NCBI GenBank assembly: GCA_013265495.1
Contig: MU057786.1
Location: forward strand, 186,001-250,000
Direction of reading: 5' to 3'
From: Vicugna vicugna
Taxonomy: Eukaryota
DNA length: 64,000 nucleotides
The notes under the pieces are model-generated. The model saw only the letters and a program-made list of their open reading frames with translations. It had not been told where the DNA came from and searched no databases. Numbering within the stretch: the first letter of the stretch is position 1; every line of letters begins with the position of its first letter. Shown piece by piece: positions 11,541 through 22,680 of the stretch. Made by a program: the position numbers and the translations under genes.

Positions 11541-13084
11541 GTCTCATCTTATCAGTAACGTGAAGCAGTGAAGCGGTGGTACGTGTGTGTTCTAATTTAT
11601 AATTTTACAGTAATTTAAAAAAACTCAAGATACTGGTTTTCTTTCCATTAGTGAGATGGTGCCAGGCAGTAAAGCCCCCTGTCTTCCTATAATCGGATTT
11701 AAATTGTTTTAATTATACAGCCCATATTCTCCCAGTAACACACCATCTCTGTGAGTTAATGGGCTTTGAAATCTCCCTTTGTTCTATGCGCTGTAGATAC
11801 AGATTTTTTTGGGTAAAATGATTTATTTTATATATAGAAACTCAGTAAATTAGCTATGAGGTAGCTTCAGATGAGTATTGTGAAGTTCTGTTATGTCAGA
11901 AGAAGGCAAATAAATGTCTACAGAAAACCCAGCCCAGATTCCTAGATGGAATTCTCAGCATCTCTCTGTCTCCGGAACGAGGTTTTAAGAGCACAAGTGA
12001 TGCGCAGAGCTATCAGCGCTGCTCTGGCTGCAGCAGAGAGAACATATAAAGTTCTCTTCAGTCAGGCTGTTAGAAAGGGAATATTCATTCATTTATTCAT
12101 GCATTCATTTCCTCAGTGCCCACTGTGGGCTTAGCCCTGAACTTGGGGATACATAGCAAGGGAAGCTATGATCTGTATCCTTTAAGAGCTGGTGCTTTCC
12201 AGAGAAACAAGCATTTCTGTATATGACGCTCAAATAAGAGCTTTTCAGTGCTTCTCTGGATCGGGCTGCTGGGCAAGGCCCACAGCTCCCAGGTCCCTCT
12301 TCTGCCGACAATCTCGGAATGCTGAGAAGGTGCACCTGGGTCTGACTCAGGCTGCCCCTGGCAGGGAAGCAGTGTGGCTCTCTAGGGCTTCCTGGAGGGT
12401 GGCCTGGGTCAGGCCAAATCTGTTCTTCAGATCCAGACCATCCTTCAGCTCTGCCCTCCCGACTCTGTCCTGGGGGCCTGGCCCTGTATCGAGACCCTCT
12501 TGGATATTTACAAGAGCCCAGCCTCAGCTCCGTCCACCTCTTAACAGGGCAGGGGTGCTGCCCCACTCAGGCCAGTGGAGTTGCTAGAAAGGACTCCTGG
12601 GTCCTGATGGCAACTGGCTGAGGATCTGTGTGTGTGCGTGTGTGTGTGTCTGCACCGGAGGCCGTTGGAGGCAGCCCCCTTGGTCCCCCTGGCCTGATGC
12701 TGAGGCATTACTAGGATCAGCTGGAAGTACCGTGTGGTCTTTGTGCATGTCTGCCCTCTCTGTTCTTGATGCTGGCTGCGGCGGGCGGCGTGTGCAGTGG
12801 TACCTCTGCCACAGTCTCGGGGAGATGTGCCCTCCCGCCAGAGAGCAGTGAGACCCCTCCTTTCTCCAGCGCTTTCTTCTTGTCCCTGCTTCTGGAGTCC
12901 ATGGGCACTGTGTTTGGACCCTGCCAGCTAAGGGTCTCTAACAGTGGCTTGGGGGAAAGACCAGAATCCCCTCAAGGGTCCAGAAGTAGGTGGGGTGCAC
13001 AGGTTCGGGAGAGCCAGCTGCCCCTCGCCCACACAAGCCCCTCCACTGGAACAGCCCAGAGCGATTCTTCTCTAACAGGCTCCT

Positions 13085-13400
13085 TCAGCACAGAACCTCA
13101 GACTCAGGAGCCCTTCCAACCCCATGCTAGGACTTCTAGAATTAGTGCCCTTAAATCTAGACCCCTTCACCAGGCTCACAAACTCCAGGTTAGCATCCTA
13201 GGCTAAAAATCTCCATGGCAAAGCCTCAGGGTCCAAACCTCGACATCAGCTCCTCAGAATAAGAGCTGCAGACTCAGAACTCTCTAGCCTGGAGCCCCAG
13301 TTTGGAAGCCCCCCAGCCCAGACCCTCCAGGCTAAGGTACCCTGTTACAGAATCCCAGAACCATCCCTTTGAAGCCAGACCCAGCTCATAACCTCAGTCC
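13085..13400. repeat. Decayed ~14-15-bp minisatellite (consensus about CCAGGCTCAGAACCT)
   Basis: Units read by eye include ccaggctcacaaact, ccaggttagcatc, ctaggctaaaaatct, cagactcagaactct, ccagcccagaccct, ccaggctaaggtacc and cagctcataacct. Confidence 0.55.
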
Positions 13401-16069
13401 CAGTGCCCCCTCTTCAGGCAGGCCAGGGTGGGGAAGAGGTTCCACCTCCGCAGATGTAAATGCCGAACCCACAGGAGAGACCACGTGTTGTGGGATGCGA
13501 CTGACGTTTTGGGACACCCGGCCTCTCACAGCGTGTCTGGTATTTACAGCTGGCGAGGAGTCCTGTAGTTCTGGAAACTGTAAGGAGGGAGATGCTGGGG
13601 CTGACGGAGGACTGGGGGCTGGGAACCCTGCAGGGGAGAACTGCTCACCCTCACCGGCTGCAGAACTGCACCCTTTAAGCTCCTTCAGTGAAATATTACC
13701 CTGAGCAGGGGAAACGTGTTGGTGGGAGGGCGCAGCATGAGTGCCCAGGGCCCAGGCTCTGGGAGGGGATGCGGCTGACATGGGCCATCAGCCACAGGGT
13801 TCTCTACTGTCCTTCTGGCTTGTTTATCAGGCAGTGGAGGCCCTGGGGGACCTGCCAGCCTGAAGTACAGGGATCTTGGTGTCAGCGGTAGGATTTCTCT
13901 CTCTCTCCCCAGATGTGCTTCCTCTTGTGTTTGAAGAGCTCATATTGAAAGATGGACCTGGGTGGTCAGGGACAGTCCCGACAGGAGGTGATGTCTTAAG
14001 TGAGGCCTGAAGGAGAAGGAGGACTTTGCCAGGGAAGGGAAGGGGAACAGCATGTGCAAAGGCTGAGAGGCAAAAAGAGGGGTGCCCTGAGGGCAGAGGG
14101 CAGGGGTGTGAGGTGGGGGGTGGGAGCTTGCAGAACCCGAGGAGCCTGAGGATGTGGGAGCCCTCTGAGTTTACAGGATTGGCGGAGCTGGACTGGATTT
14201 GTCTGCTGTAGGGACTGGATGGGAGAGGCCCAGAGTTGAGGGGAGCTGGGGGTCCACCTATGGTCCTCAATTACCAGGGGTCTGAAGTAGGAGGACAGAG
14301 ATCTTGGCCTTTCCCTTCCTCCACGGGCATCCTCCATGCATTTCTTCCAGGGCCACCTCTTCCAGGAAGCCTCCAGTCCTCACCCCAGCAGCTCTGCTTT
14401 TCTGCCCCCTGCAGGCTCTGGCTGTCCTGAATGCTCCAGCCGGCAGGGAGTTCTCGGCCACTCTTTTTCATCCCCCCTCCTTTCCTCCTATCTTTCCCTC
14501 CCTAATTTTTATTTTTATCAAAACTATACATGCAGAGTGTGGAAAGAGTTGGCGACTTCCACGGGGTTAGAAAACCAGCGGCTCCCCTTTCCTGCGACCT
14601 TTCCCGCAGCGGCGGCCCCTGCCCCCTCTTAGTGGATGTTGGCTGTTTACCTGCACAGTTCTCCAGAGCACCTCTGCTTGCACGCCTTGACTTTCCGGGT
14701 GTAGATGGCTCTCTTTGGGGGCGGGGACTGTCGCACCCCCCCCACCTCGCCCACATGTTCCCCTTCCCCTCCCCCCAGCATCCTTAGGGTAGATCAGTGC
14801 TGCCTGGGAAGCTTTGTCCCTTCAGCCCTGTGTCAGCGTGGGCAGGGCCGAGTGGGCGTAGCCTTTGTCTTTCTTGTACCTCATTTTGTTCCCCCGGGGT
14901 TGATGACTGACTTTCTAGCTGTTTGGCGCTTCCTTTTCCGTGCATTTCTCACTCATTCATTCCCACACTCTCAGTGGTCACGTGCATGCCCTCTTGTGTT
15001 CATTCACGTTGGGTGTGGTTTCCAGGCCACCTCCTGACCGTGTCCCCTGGAGCCTTCTGTCTCCCTCAGAGTATTGGTGGGGCTCACGCTCAGCTCCACT
15101 CGTCTCTGCTCAGAACAAGAGCTCATCTCTGACACTCTGTATAGAATTTCACCCTGTTCCTTGTCCCATCCCCAGCATGCCCCTCATTGCCCTGTTTTTC
15201 TCCGGGGCACTCACCTCCTTTGAATGTGCCATCCCATACCAGTTGGAAACTTTAGGGGGGCCAGAGATTGCTGCCTTTTGGGCTCCTCATCTCTGGCACA
15301 GCCCCTCGCATACAGCAGGTGCCCATTCAGTGCGGGTTGCATGGGAGACTGAATACCTCTGAACTGGTTGCCAGACCCTGGTGCAGGAAGCTGCTCTGTG
15401 ATATCCCAAGAATTGCCCTCCCCACACCTCCATCCTGAGGTCACTCCCAGTCTGCGGACTCCCAGCTGTCCTCTTCCTCTACACAGTCCCTCTTTCGTTC
15501 TCATAGGTTCCTCAGCTAGGTGTGGCCTGCCTTGCCAGCAGGGTACTCAGTGTGGCCATCCCTGAGAGCCAACTCTGGGCCCTCCTCCCCAGTGGGAGAA
15601 TTGCCTCGTCCTCAAACCCCTGCCCTGTGCACTGGCAGTGCGGTTCTGCCTGCCTGGCTCAGCCGCAGAGTGCCTCGGGAACTCCCAAGCCCCTGGGAGT
15701 GTCAGGTTAATTAGTGTGGCTAGAGCCAGCTCTGAGTAATCACCGAATCCATCCCCAAGGAAAGGCACGTGTCTGCTGTAGCCTCCTGCATGGGGCTCTG
15801 AGTTGCCCTGGCCTCTGCCAGCCTCAGTGGCTTCTCTGGTCCCTATGCTTCACCTCCTCTCCTGCCCCTCCTGCAGCTCCCCCCAGGGAGCTTTTCTCTT
15901 TGGGTCGGACTCCTGGGAGGCTCCTAGGAGATGCCCAGGTGTGGTACTGCTGGGAGCATCTGCTTGCTTCCACAGACATTCACTGGTGTCTCTCTGGGCC
16001 AGGTGCTGTGTTGGGCACCAGCTGGGTGATGGACATGGCACATGGAGTTTGCTGTCTAATGGAGAGAGG

Positions 16070-16270
16070 GTGTGAGAGGCAACACTTTGGAGGCAGACCA
16101 GCTGGGTCTGAACCGCAGCTCTGTTACTTATCAGCTCTTGACCTTGAGTCACTTACTGAATCTCCCTGAGCATCACTTTCCTCATCTATAAAAAGGGGAT
16201 AAACAGCACCTGGCACCCAGGGTGTTTGTGTGAATTTAAGTGGACAAGAGATGCTAGGAAGTGTTTGCCG
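16070..16270 (+). mobile_element. MIR SINE
   Basis: 'ctttggaggcagac..ctgggtctgaa..cagctctgttactta..gaccttgag..ctgagcatcactttcctcatctataaaa'. Confidence 0.8.
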
Positions 16271-16779
16271 AATGTGGCCCCATCCTCATCCCCAGCACAC
16301 ATCAGGGCAGCACCATGAGCCAAACACTTACTGTGTGCTGGGTGTTGTGAGGAATACAGAGGTGATCTCACCTGGCCTCAGAGTTCCAGGAACTCATGGT
16401 GGAGGGAGAGGAGAGAGGGGGAGGGCAAGGTGGGAGCCATGCTGGACTAAGTAACAGAGGAGCAGACAGAGCTGAAAGTTCAGATATGAGTGGAAAGTGC
16501 AGCTGGGGCCTGAAGGGTCCGTAACAGAGAGGCCTGTTGTGCTGGATGTTAAGGGTCGGACTGAGCTTGGAAAAGAAGAGCAGGGGAGGCACTCTTAGCT
16601 GTTGGGGTGGGCATCACAGGGGTCTGATGGTGGATGGACTCCTGACGTGGGAGGGAGCAGCAAGCTTCCCAGCTGAGTACCAGTCAAGGCTCCTTCAGTT
16701 GTTTGGGACAAGGATCCAGCTCACCCTGGATTTGCCAAAAGGAGACTCAGGGAAGGCTGGGTCCTGGGCTTTGGAGTGG

Positions 16780-17140
16780 TCTCTTTGTGGCTCTGCTTGA
16801 CCTCATTCTTTTGCTAGGCTTCTTTTATATGTCAGTCATTCTTCCTGCTTAGCAGAAATGCCAGGGGAAAGAGACCAGCTCTCTATTCACTCTGAGGGAG
16901 AGGACCCAGAGGCCTCTGATTGGCCTAGCTGGGGTCATATGCCCATCCAGGAACCAATCAGCACTTCTAGGGATGGGAGCATCCTGATTGGCCAAGCCCA
17001 AGTCATGTGCCAATTCATCGACCAATCAGTGCTACCAGGGATGGGACCAGCTGAGTGCTTCACTTCTCCCAGAGACTGTGTTGAATTGTAAGAAAAAGTT
17101 GCCAAAGGGAAAGAGAAAGGCTGTTAGCAGAGTAAGGTCA
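16780..17140 (-). mobile_element. MaLR LTR fragment (MLT1K/N-like)
   Basis: 'ctctgattggcctagctggggtcatatgcccatcc..gaaccaatca..ctgattggcca..gtcatgtgcc' is the duplicated CCAAT block typical of these LTRs. Confidence 0.6.
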
Positions 17141-18926
17141 ATGAGTAAATGCGCCGATCATTCAGAACTGCAACTGCCATGGCCACTGCCAGGAGTAATT
17201 CCAGCACGGCAGCTCTCATCATGGGCCTCTTGTCCTCACCATGCTGCTTTCAAGGCTGGCCTGGGCCTCCCCTGCGAAACAGCACCTACTACTTTCACAG
17301 CTCCAGGGAGGGCCTCAAAGGTGGATCAGTGTCTCCCCCGGACAGGGGCTTCTGTGGTGTTGTAGCTGGGGCTCAGCTGTGGTTGGGAGCTGCCTGCCCC
17401 TTACAGGACGATGTCTCTGGGGGAGGCACCCTGGCCACTAGGGGAGGCCCCTCGGCTCACAGGTCACGGATTAGAGACTCCCAGCTCCTGCCACACCCTG
17501 AGGCAGCCTCTGGTCCTGTCCCACTCACACTCAGGCTGGATGGTAGGGTGGACTCAGTGCGGGCCTTTTCTGGGGGGGCCAGGCTGCATTCTTGGCAGCT
17601 GGCCTGGGCTTGTGGTCAGTCCACCTGTTGATTGATAAGTCAGTCAACTAGAGTGGGCCAGGCAGTCAGCTGGGCTGTGTGACAGGGTCTTTCTAGAATG
17701 TGTACAGATGAATGGGTGACGGTCACAGGAAATAAAACAACTGTCAGAAACAATTTATAGCCATGTTCCCATGGAGCCAGGCCTGGTTATGACTTTGCAT
17801 GTTGCTGCCTGGCAAATGGGGTTTGTCACCTAATCACTGCACTTTAGTACCTGTTAAGAAAGGCAGCCCTGGGGCTAGGCTGGGGAGGGGGTGGGCACCA
17901 TGGGCCTCCAGGCCCCAGGGGATGCTGTGGGGAGCCAGTCCAGGACTAGGAAGGCGTGGAGCCGTTGCGGGGGGTGGGGGGAGGAAGCATCCCTACTTGT
18001 CACAGTGGAGAGGCCAGGCTGTGGACATACACTTGGATTTCTTCTTCATCTGCCAGCTTGGGCTCTAGAAGAGCCTCTGAGCCATCAGACTCCATAGGCT
18101 GTGACTGTGCTTTAGGAATGTTGACATTCCCGAGGCCCTCACTCCGTGCCCTCCTGTCTCTGATGTATCACAGTTTTTTCATTCAATCACCAACCCTCTC
18201 TGTTGCCTAAATATGTACTTGACCTGGGCTATGGGTTCGGGGTTGTAGTGGAAACTGATTCACATCTGCACATACCATCCTGAGCCCCATTAGTGTTTTC
18301 TTACTTAGTGCACATGTGTCCATTTTATTGTAAGCACTGTGGAAAAACTCCTTCGGAGACACAACATTGAACTTATAGTCTTGTTAAACTTCTAGGAGGG
18401 CAACCTAAAGTTGTCCATGGCCATCACAGTCTTTAGAAAAGTGAAACAGCCACTGCCACCTTCCCAGCTCCAGTCAGGGCCGACATCTGTGATCAGTAGA
18501 TGTGATGTCCATGTGGCCACTGGATTTCTGTCCCCTTGCTGGCCACCAAAACCATGCTCAGTGGAACCTCAGGAGGCCCCCTGAAGGGTTTGCCCAAGGC
18601 CAAGACTAGGCCAGGTGCCTGTGCATCCTGTCCCATCTTATCTTCACAGCTCCCTCCAGAGGTCAGAGTCAGGAGGGGCCCTCCTGTCATCCGTGGAGAA
18701 GTGGCCATGGGAAGTGCAAGGAGTTCCCAGCTCTCCCATGAGTGCCTTTCAATTGGCATCTTTTCCTGAGCTGCAGTTTCCGATTATGTGGCAAGGACCT
18801 GTTCTGCCTTCGTCTCTGTGCTAGGTGCTGGGGGTACAGCAGTGAATGGAAGAGACCTCAAGAGCCTGTCTTTAATTTCTAAGATGGGGACAGCCCTACT
18901 TTCCCAGGCTACTGAGGAATGAAATG

Positions 18927-19207
18927 TAGTTCCAAACTGAGCTCTGCAGTACTAGTTCTACAGAGTGTTGTGGGGGAAGCAAGCTCTGTGGTTGCACGCA
19001 TGTGACTCAGCCAGATTCTTCTCTTGAAGGTATTATCATGTGCATTGGTATATTTAAGGCTCTGAGAAGTCCTGCAGTCAAGAAGCCTATGAGCTTTTGT
19101 GAGCTCAGCATTGGCAGGCTCAGTTGAACATGCAGCTTTCTTTGGCAAAGCACCTAATAGCATCCTGTGTAATTACGGCCTCGCAAAACCGGTTTTGGAA
19201 ATGCCAA
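18927..19207. mobile_element. hAT-Charlie non-autonomous DNA transposon (MER103-like)
   Basis: Internal 'aaggctctgagaagtcctgcagt', with inverted ends 'ttccaaa' and 'ttttggaaatgc'. Confidence 0.55.
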
Positions 19208-20589
19208 GGCAGCATATGTAAAATACCCCTCGGAGCACCCTGTACCTGTGAGGTCCTCAGTAACTGTGTCTTCCTGCCTCAGTGTCCTGAAGGAGACACA
19301 GGGACAAAGCAGGGCCCGGCTGCCCACAGATCAGCTTGGTGGAGCTGACGGTAGCTCACACACTCAAGTTTTAATGATCATAGCAACAAAAGTCAAAGTG
19401 AGTTTAATCTTTAAAAAGCAAGGAGTGATTTCCCCCAGGCTCTGCCAAAACAGGACTTGATAAATATTGCAGCAGTGTGTGTTGGGTGCCGGGCACTGCT
19501 CCTGGCTGGGAGAATCTCTGCCAAGCACCGCCCAGTAGCAAAGTTACACTCCTGTTCTTGTTAGCAGGACACTCCACTTGACAGCTTTACCTGGTGATGC
19601 CACTGGCTGGCCTGAGGATGGCGGCAGATTTAGCAGGCCTGTGTTCAGGAAAAGACATCCCTGCAGCCACTGATGTGGGGAAAGACTGAGGGCATGGGAG
19701 GCTCTGTAGACCCAGCCACATCTTCGGCCTCCCAGACATGTTGCAGGCTCAGGGAGCTTCAGTTCACTGCTCTGGAACATGGAGACCATCATGTTCAGCA
19801 CAGAGTATGCCTTGAAGTAGAGACTGCATCTTTCCCCACTTGTGTGCCCATTACCCAGCACAGATAAAAGTCAGAATTGGGTTTTGAAGAATGAATAGGA
19901 GTTTTTCTTTTTAAATGAAAAATACATATAGTAGAAGAAAGGCATTCTAGGCAGACAGCATTCCATGTCCAAGGGCATGGAAGCCTGAAAAAATCTGACC
20001 TGTGACATGAACTGTATATAATGAGGTGCAGGGAGTGTATAAGGACCGAGAGCAAGTTACAGAAAACCCTTCTCAACTGGGTTGGTTAGGGCAGCCTTGA
20101 GAATCTGCTTCCTGGGCCAGAAAAGACACTAGGAAGGGAAGCATGGTATGCTCAGAGACAAGAGTGATCCCTGCTCCCACGCCATTCTGGGGAACCGGTT
20201 GACTTCCTCTTGACAGCCAGCAGCGGCAATAAATGAGGGAGATGGAACATGTTATTTTAATTATATATTCTCACCACCTAATTATAATTTTAATTGATAT
20301 GTGAGCAGGTGCTGTGCTCTTCCAAGCAGTTTAAGGCAGGCGCATTCCCTGGGAAAGGAACACAGGTTGTTCTATTCATTAGTCAAGCAGATGGATGGGC
20401 TAGAAGAGTCAGGAGGGGCCGAGGGGCCAGGAGGCCAAAGGGAGGGAAAACAGCTTTTGCTCTGAGTGATTCAGAAGGTGAGGGTCCTGCCCTGGATGGG
20501 CTGAACATGGCATGTGAAGAGGAGTGGAGGAGAGGGAGGGCAGGGGAGGGGAAGGGAGGAGGAGGTGGTTGGCATCCAATGAGTGGATT

Positions 20590-21320
20590 TACTCATTTAT
20601 TCATTCAGTTATACTTTCAACAAACATCTGTTGTGAGCATGCTGCATAGCAGGCTCTGTGCTAAATGCAGGGGATTCCAGAATGACTCCAGTACAATCCC
20701 TTCCCTCAGCATGCTCCTAGTCTGGTGGGGGAGGCGGAATAGATGTAGAAACAAATAATTACAGTTCATGAAATGAATGAGAAGTTATCAAAACAGCATA
20801 GACTAGGGGGAAATCTTTGCTCTCTAGTGAAGTCAGGGAAGGCTTCCTGGAGGACACTTGGGTTGGGGTTTTGAAGTGTGAATAGGAGTTGGCCAGGTTG
20901 TCTAAGATTAAGGATAGGAGATTTTAGTTGGGGGTGGCATTCTAAGCAGAGGCAGGAAGTTGTATGGGATGTGCAGGGAGTGCCTAGTGGTTTGCTGGAT
21001 CACTGGCAGGAGGGAAGATCTGGTAAGAGATGAGGCTAGAGATTTGATTGGTGATTGTGTCTCCCAAGGAGTGAAGCTGAGGTAATGTGATGAGGTTTGT
21101 GTTTCTGGGAGATCATCCTGGTGGAAGATGGGCTGGAGAAGCCAATGATGCAGCCAGGGGGAGAAGTGAGGAGGGGTGTCATGAATGTCAGGGCAGGAGC
21201 ATGGAGGTTGGATTCTGGATATTGGCATGAGGGAAGGGGAGGGTCAGGGTGAAGGCTGATTCAGGGCTTAGGCCTCGAGGGGAGGCCATACTGGAGATGG
21301 ACAGTTGGGATGAAGCAGGA
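20590..21320 (-). mobile_element. L2 LINE fragment
   Basis: 'tcatttattcattca..caacaaacat..gctctgtgcta..ccttccctca..tagtctggtggggg..agtcagggaaggcttcctggagg'. Confidence 0.8.
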
Positions 21321-21334
21321 AAAGTCAGTGAGAT

Positions 21335-22680
21335 TAGTTTAACATGAGATCTACCCTCTTAACAGATTTTTAAGTGCACAATACAGTGTTGTTAACTATA
21401 GGTGCAGTGATGTACAGCAAATCTCTAGAACTCATTCATCTTCATACCCCTTGAACAGCAACTCCCCGTGTCCCCTCTCTCCCAGCCACCATTCTGCTGT
21501 CTGTTTCTATGAGTTTGACTGTTTTAGATACTTCATAAAAATGGAATCATGTACTATTTGTCCTTCTGTGACGGACTTATTTTACTTAACATAATGTCCT
21601 CAAGATTCATCCATGTTGTTACATATGGCAGGATTTCCTTCTTTTTAAAGGCTGAATAATATTCCATTGTGCAGATATACCGCCTTTTCTTTATCCAGTC
21701 ATCCATCCATTGATGGATATTTAGGTTGCTTTAAAATCATGGCTATTGTGAATAATGCTTCATTGAGCATAGGAGTGCTAATTCCTCTTCAAGATTTTGG
21801 TTTCAGTTCTTTTGAACATACACACAACAGTGGAGTTGCTGGATCATATGGTAGTTCTATTTTTAAGTTTTTGAGAAACCTCCATACTGTTTTCTATAGT
21901 GGCTGCAACATTTTCATTACCATTGAAAGTGTACACGAGTTCCAGTCTCTCCACATCCTCGCCAAAACATGTTGGTCTTTTTTTTTTTTTTTTTTGATAA
22001 TGGCCATCCTGACAAATGTGAGGTGATGTCTCATTGTAGTTTTGATTTGTATTTATCTGATGATTGATGATGCTGAACATCATTTCATGTACTTGTTGGC
22101 CATTTGTTTGTTTTCTTTGGAGAAATGTTTATTCAAGTCCTTAGCCCATTTTGATTGGATTATTAGTGTTTTTTTGTTTGTTTGTTTGCTATTGGGGTGC
22201 CAATGGAACAGAGTAGAGAGTCCAGAAGTAAATCCACACATATACAATCAATTTGATCTTTGACAAGGATGCCAAGAATACACAATGGAGAAAGGATAGC
22301 CTCTTCAACAGATGGTGCTGGGCAAACTGGATATCCACATGCAAAAGAATGAAACTGGACCCTTATCTCACACATACACAGAAATCACCAAATCAACTCA
22401 AGATGTAGTAAAGTCTTAAATGCAACACCTGAAACTATAAAACTCCTTGAAGAAAACAAAGGGGAAAAGCTTCATGACATAGGTCTTGACAATGGTATTT
22501 ATAGGTATGACACCAAAAGCACAGGCAAGAAAAATAAAAATAGACAGGTGAGAGGACATCAAACTAAAAAACTTCTGCACAGAAAGGAAGCAATCAACAG
22601 AGTGAAAAGTCAGTCTACGGAATGGGAGAAAGTATTTGACAGTCATGTATCTGATCAGGGGTTAATTTCCAGAATATATG
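21335..22680 (-). mobile_element. Old L1 (L1MA9/MA10-like 3' end) with 5' inversion
   Basis: About 21335-22197 is the minus-strand ORF2 C-terminus plus 3' UTR. About 22198-22680 is plus-strand ORF2 ([15 protein letters not shown]). Confidence 0.85.

Noticed and set aside
11857..11895. TGAGGTAG (the let-7 5' end) followed by a small hairpin
   Set aside because: The sequence after the first 8 nt does not match any let-7 member, and there is no complementary 3' arm for a pre-let-7 stem.
12039..12058. AGAGAAC-ATATAAA-GTTCTCT palindrome around a TATA-like core
   Set aside because: The arms are only 7 bp, the spacing does not fit a steroid-receptor IR3, and there is no supporting promoter context.
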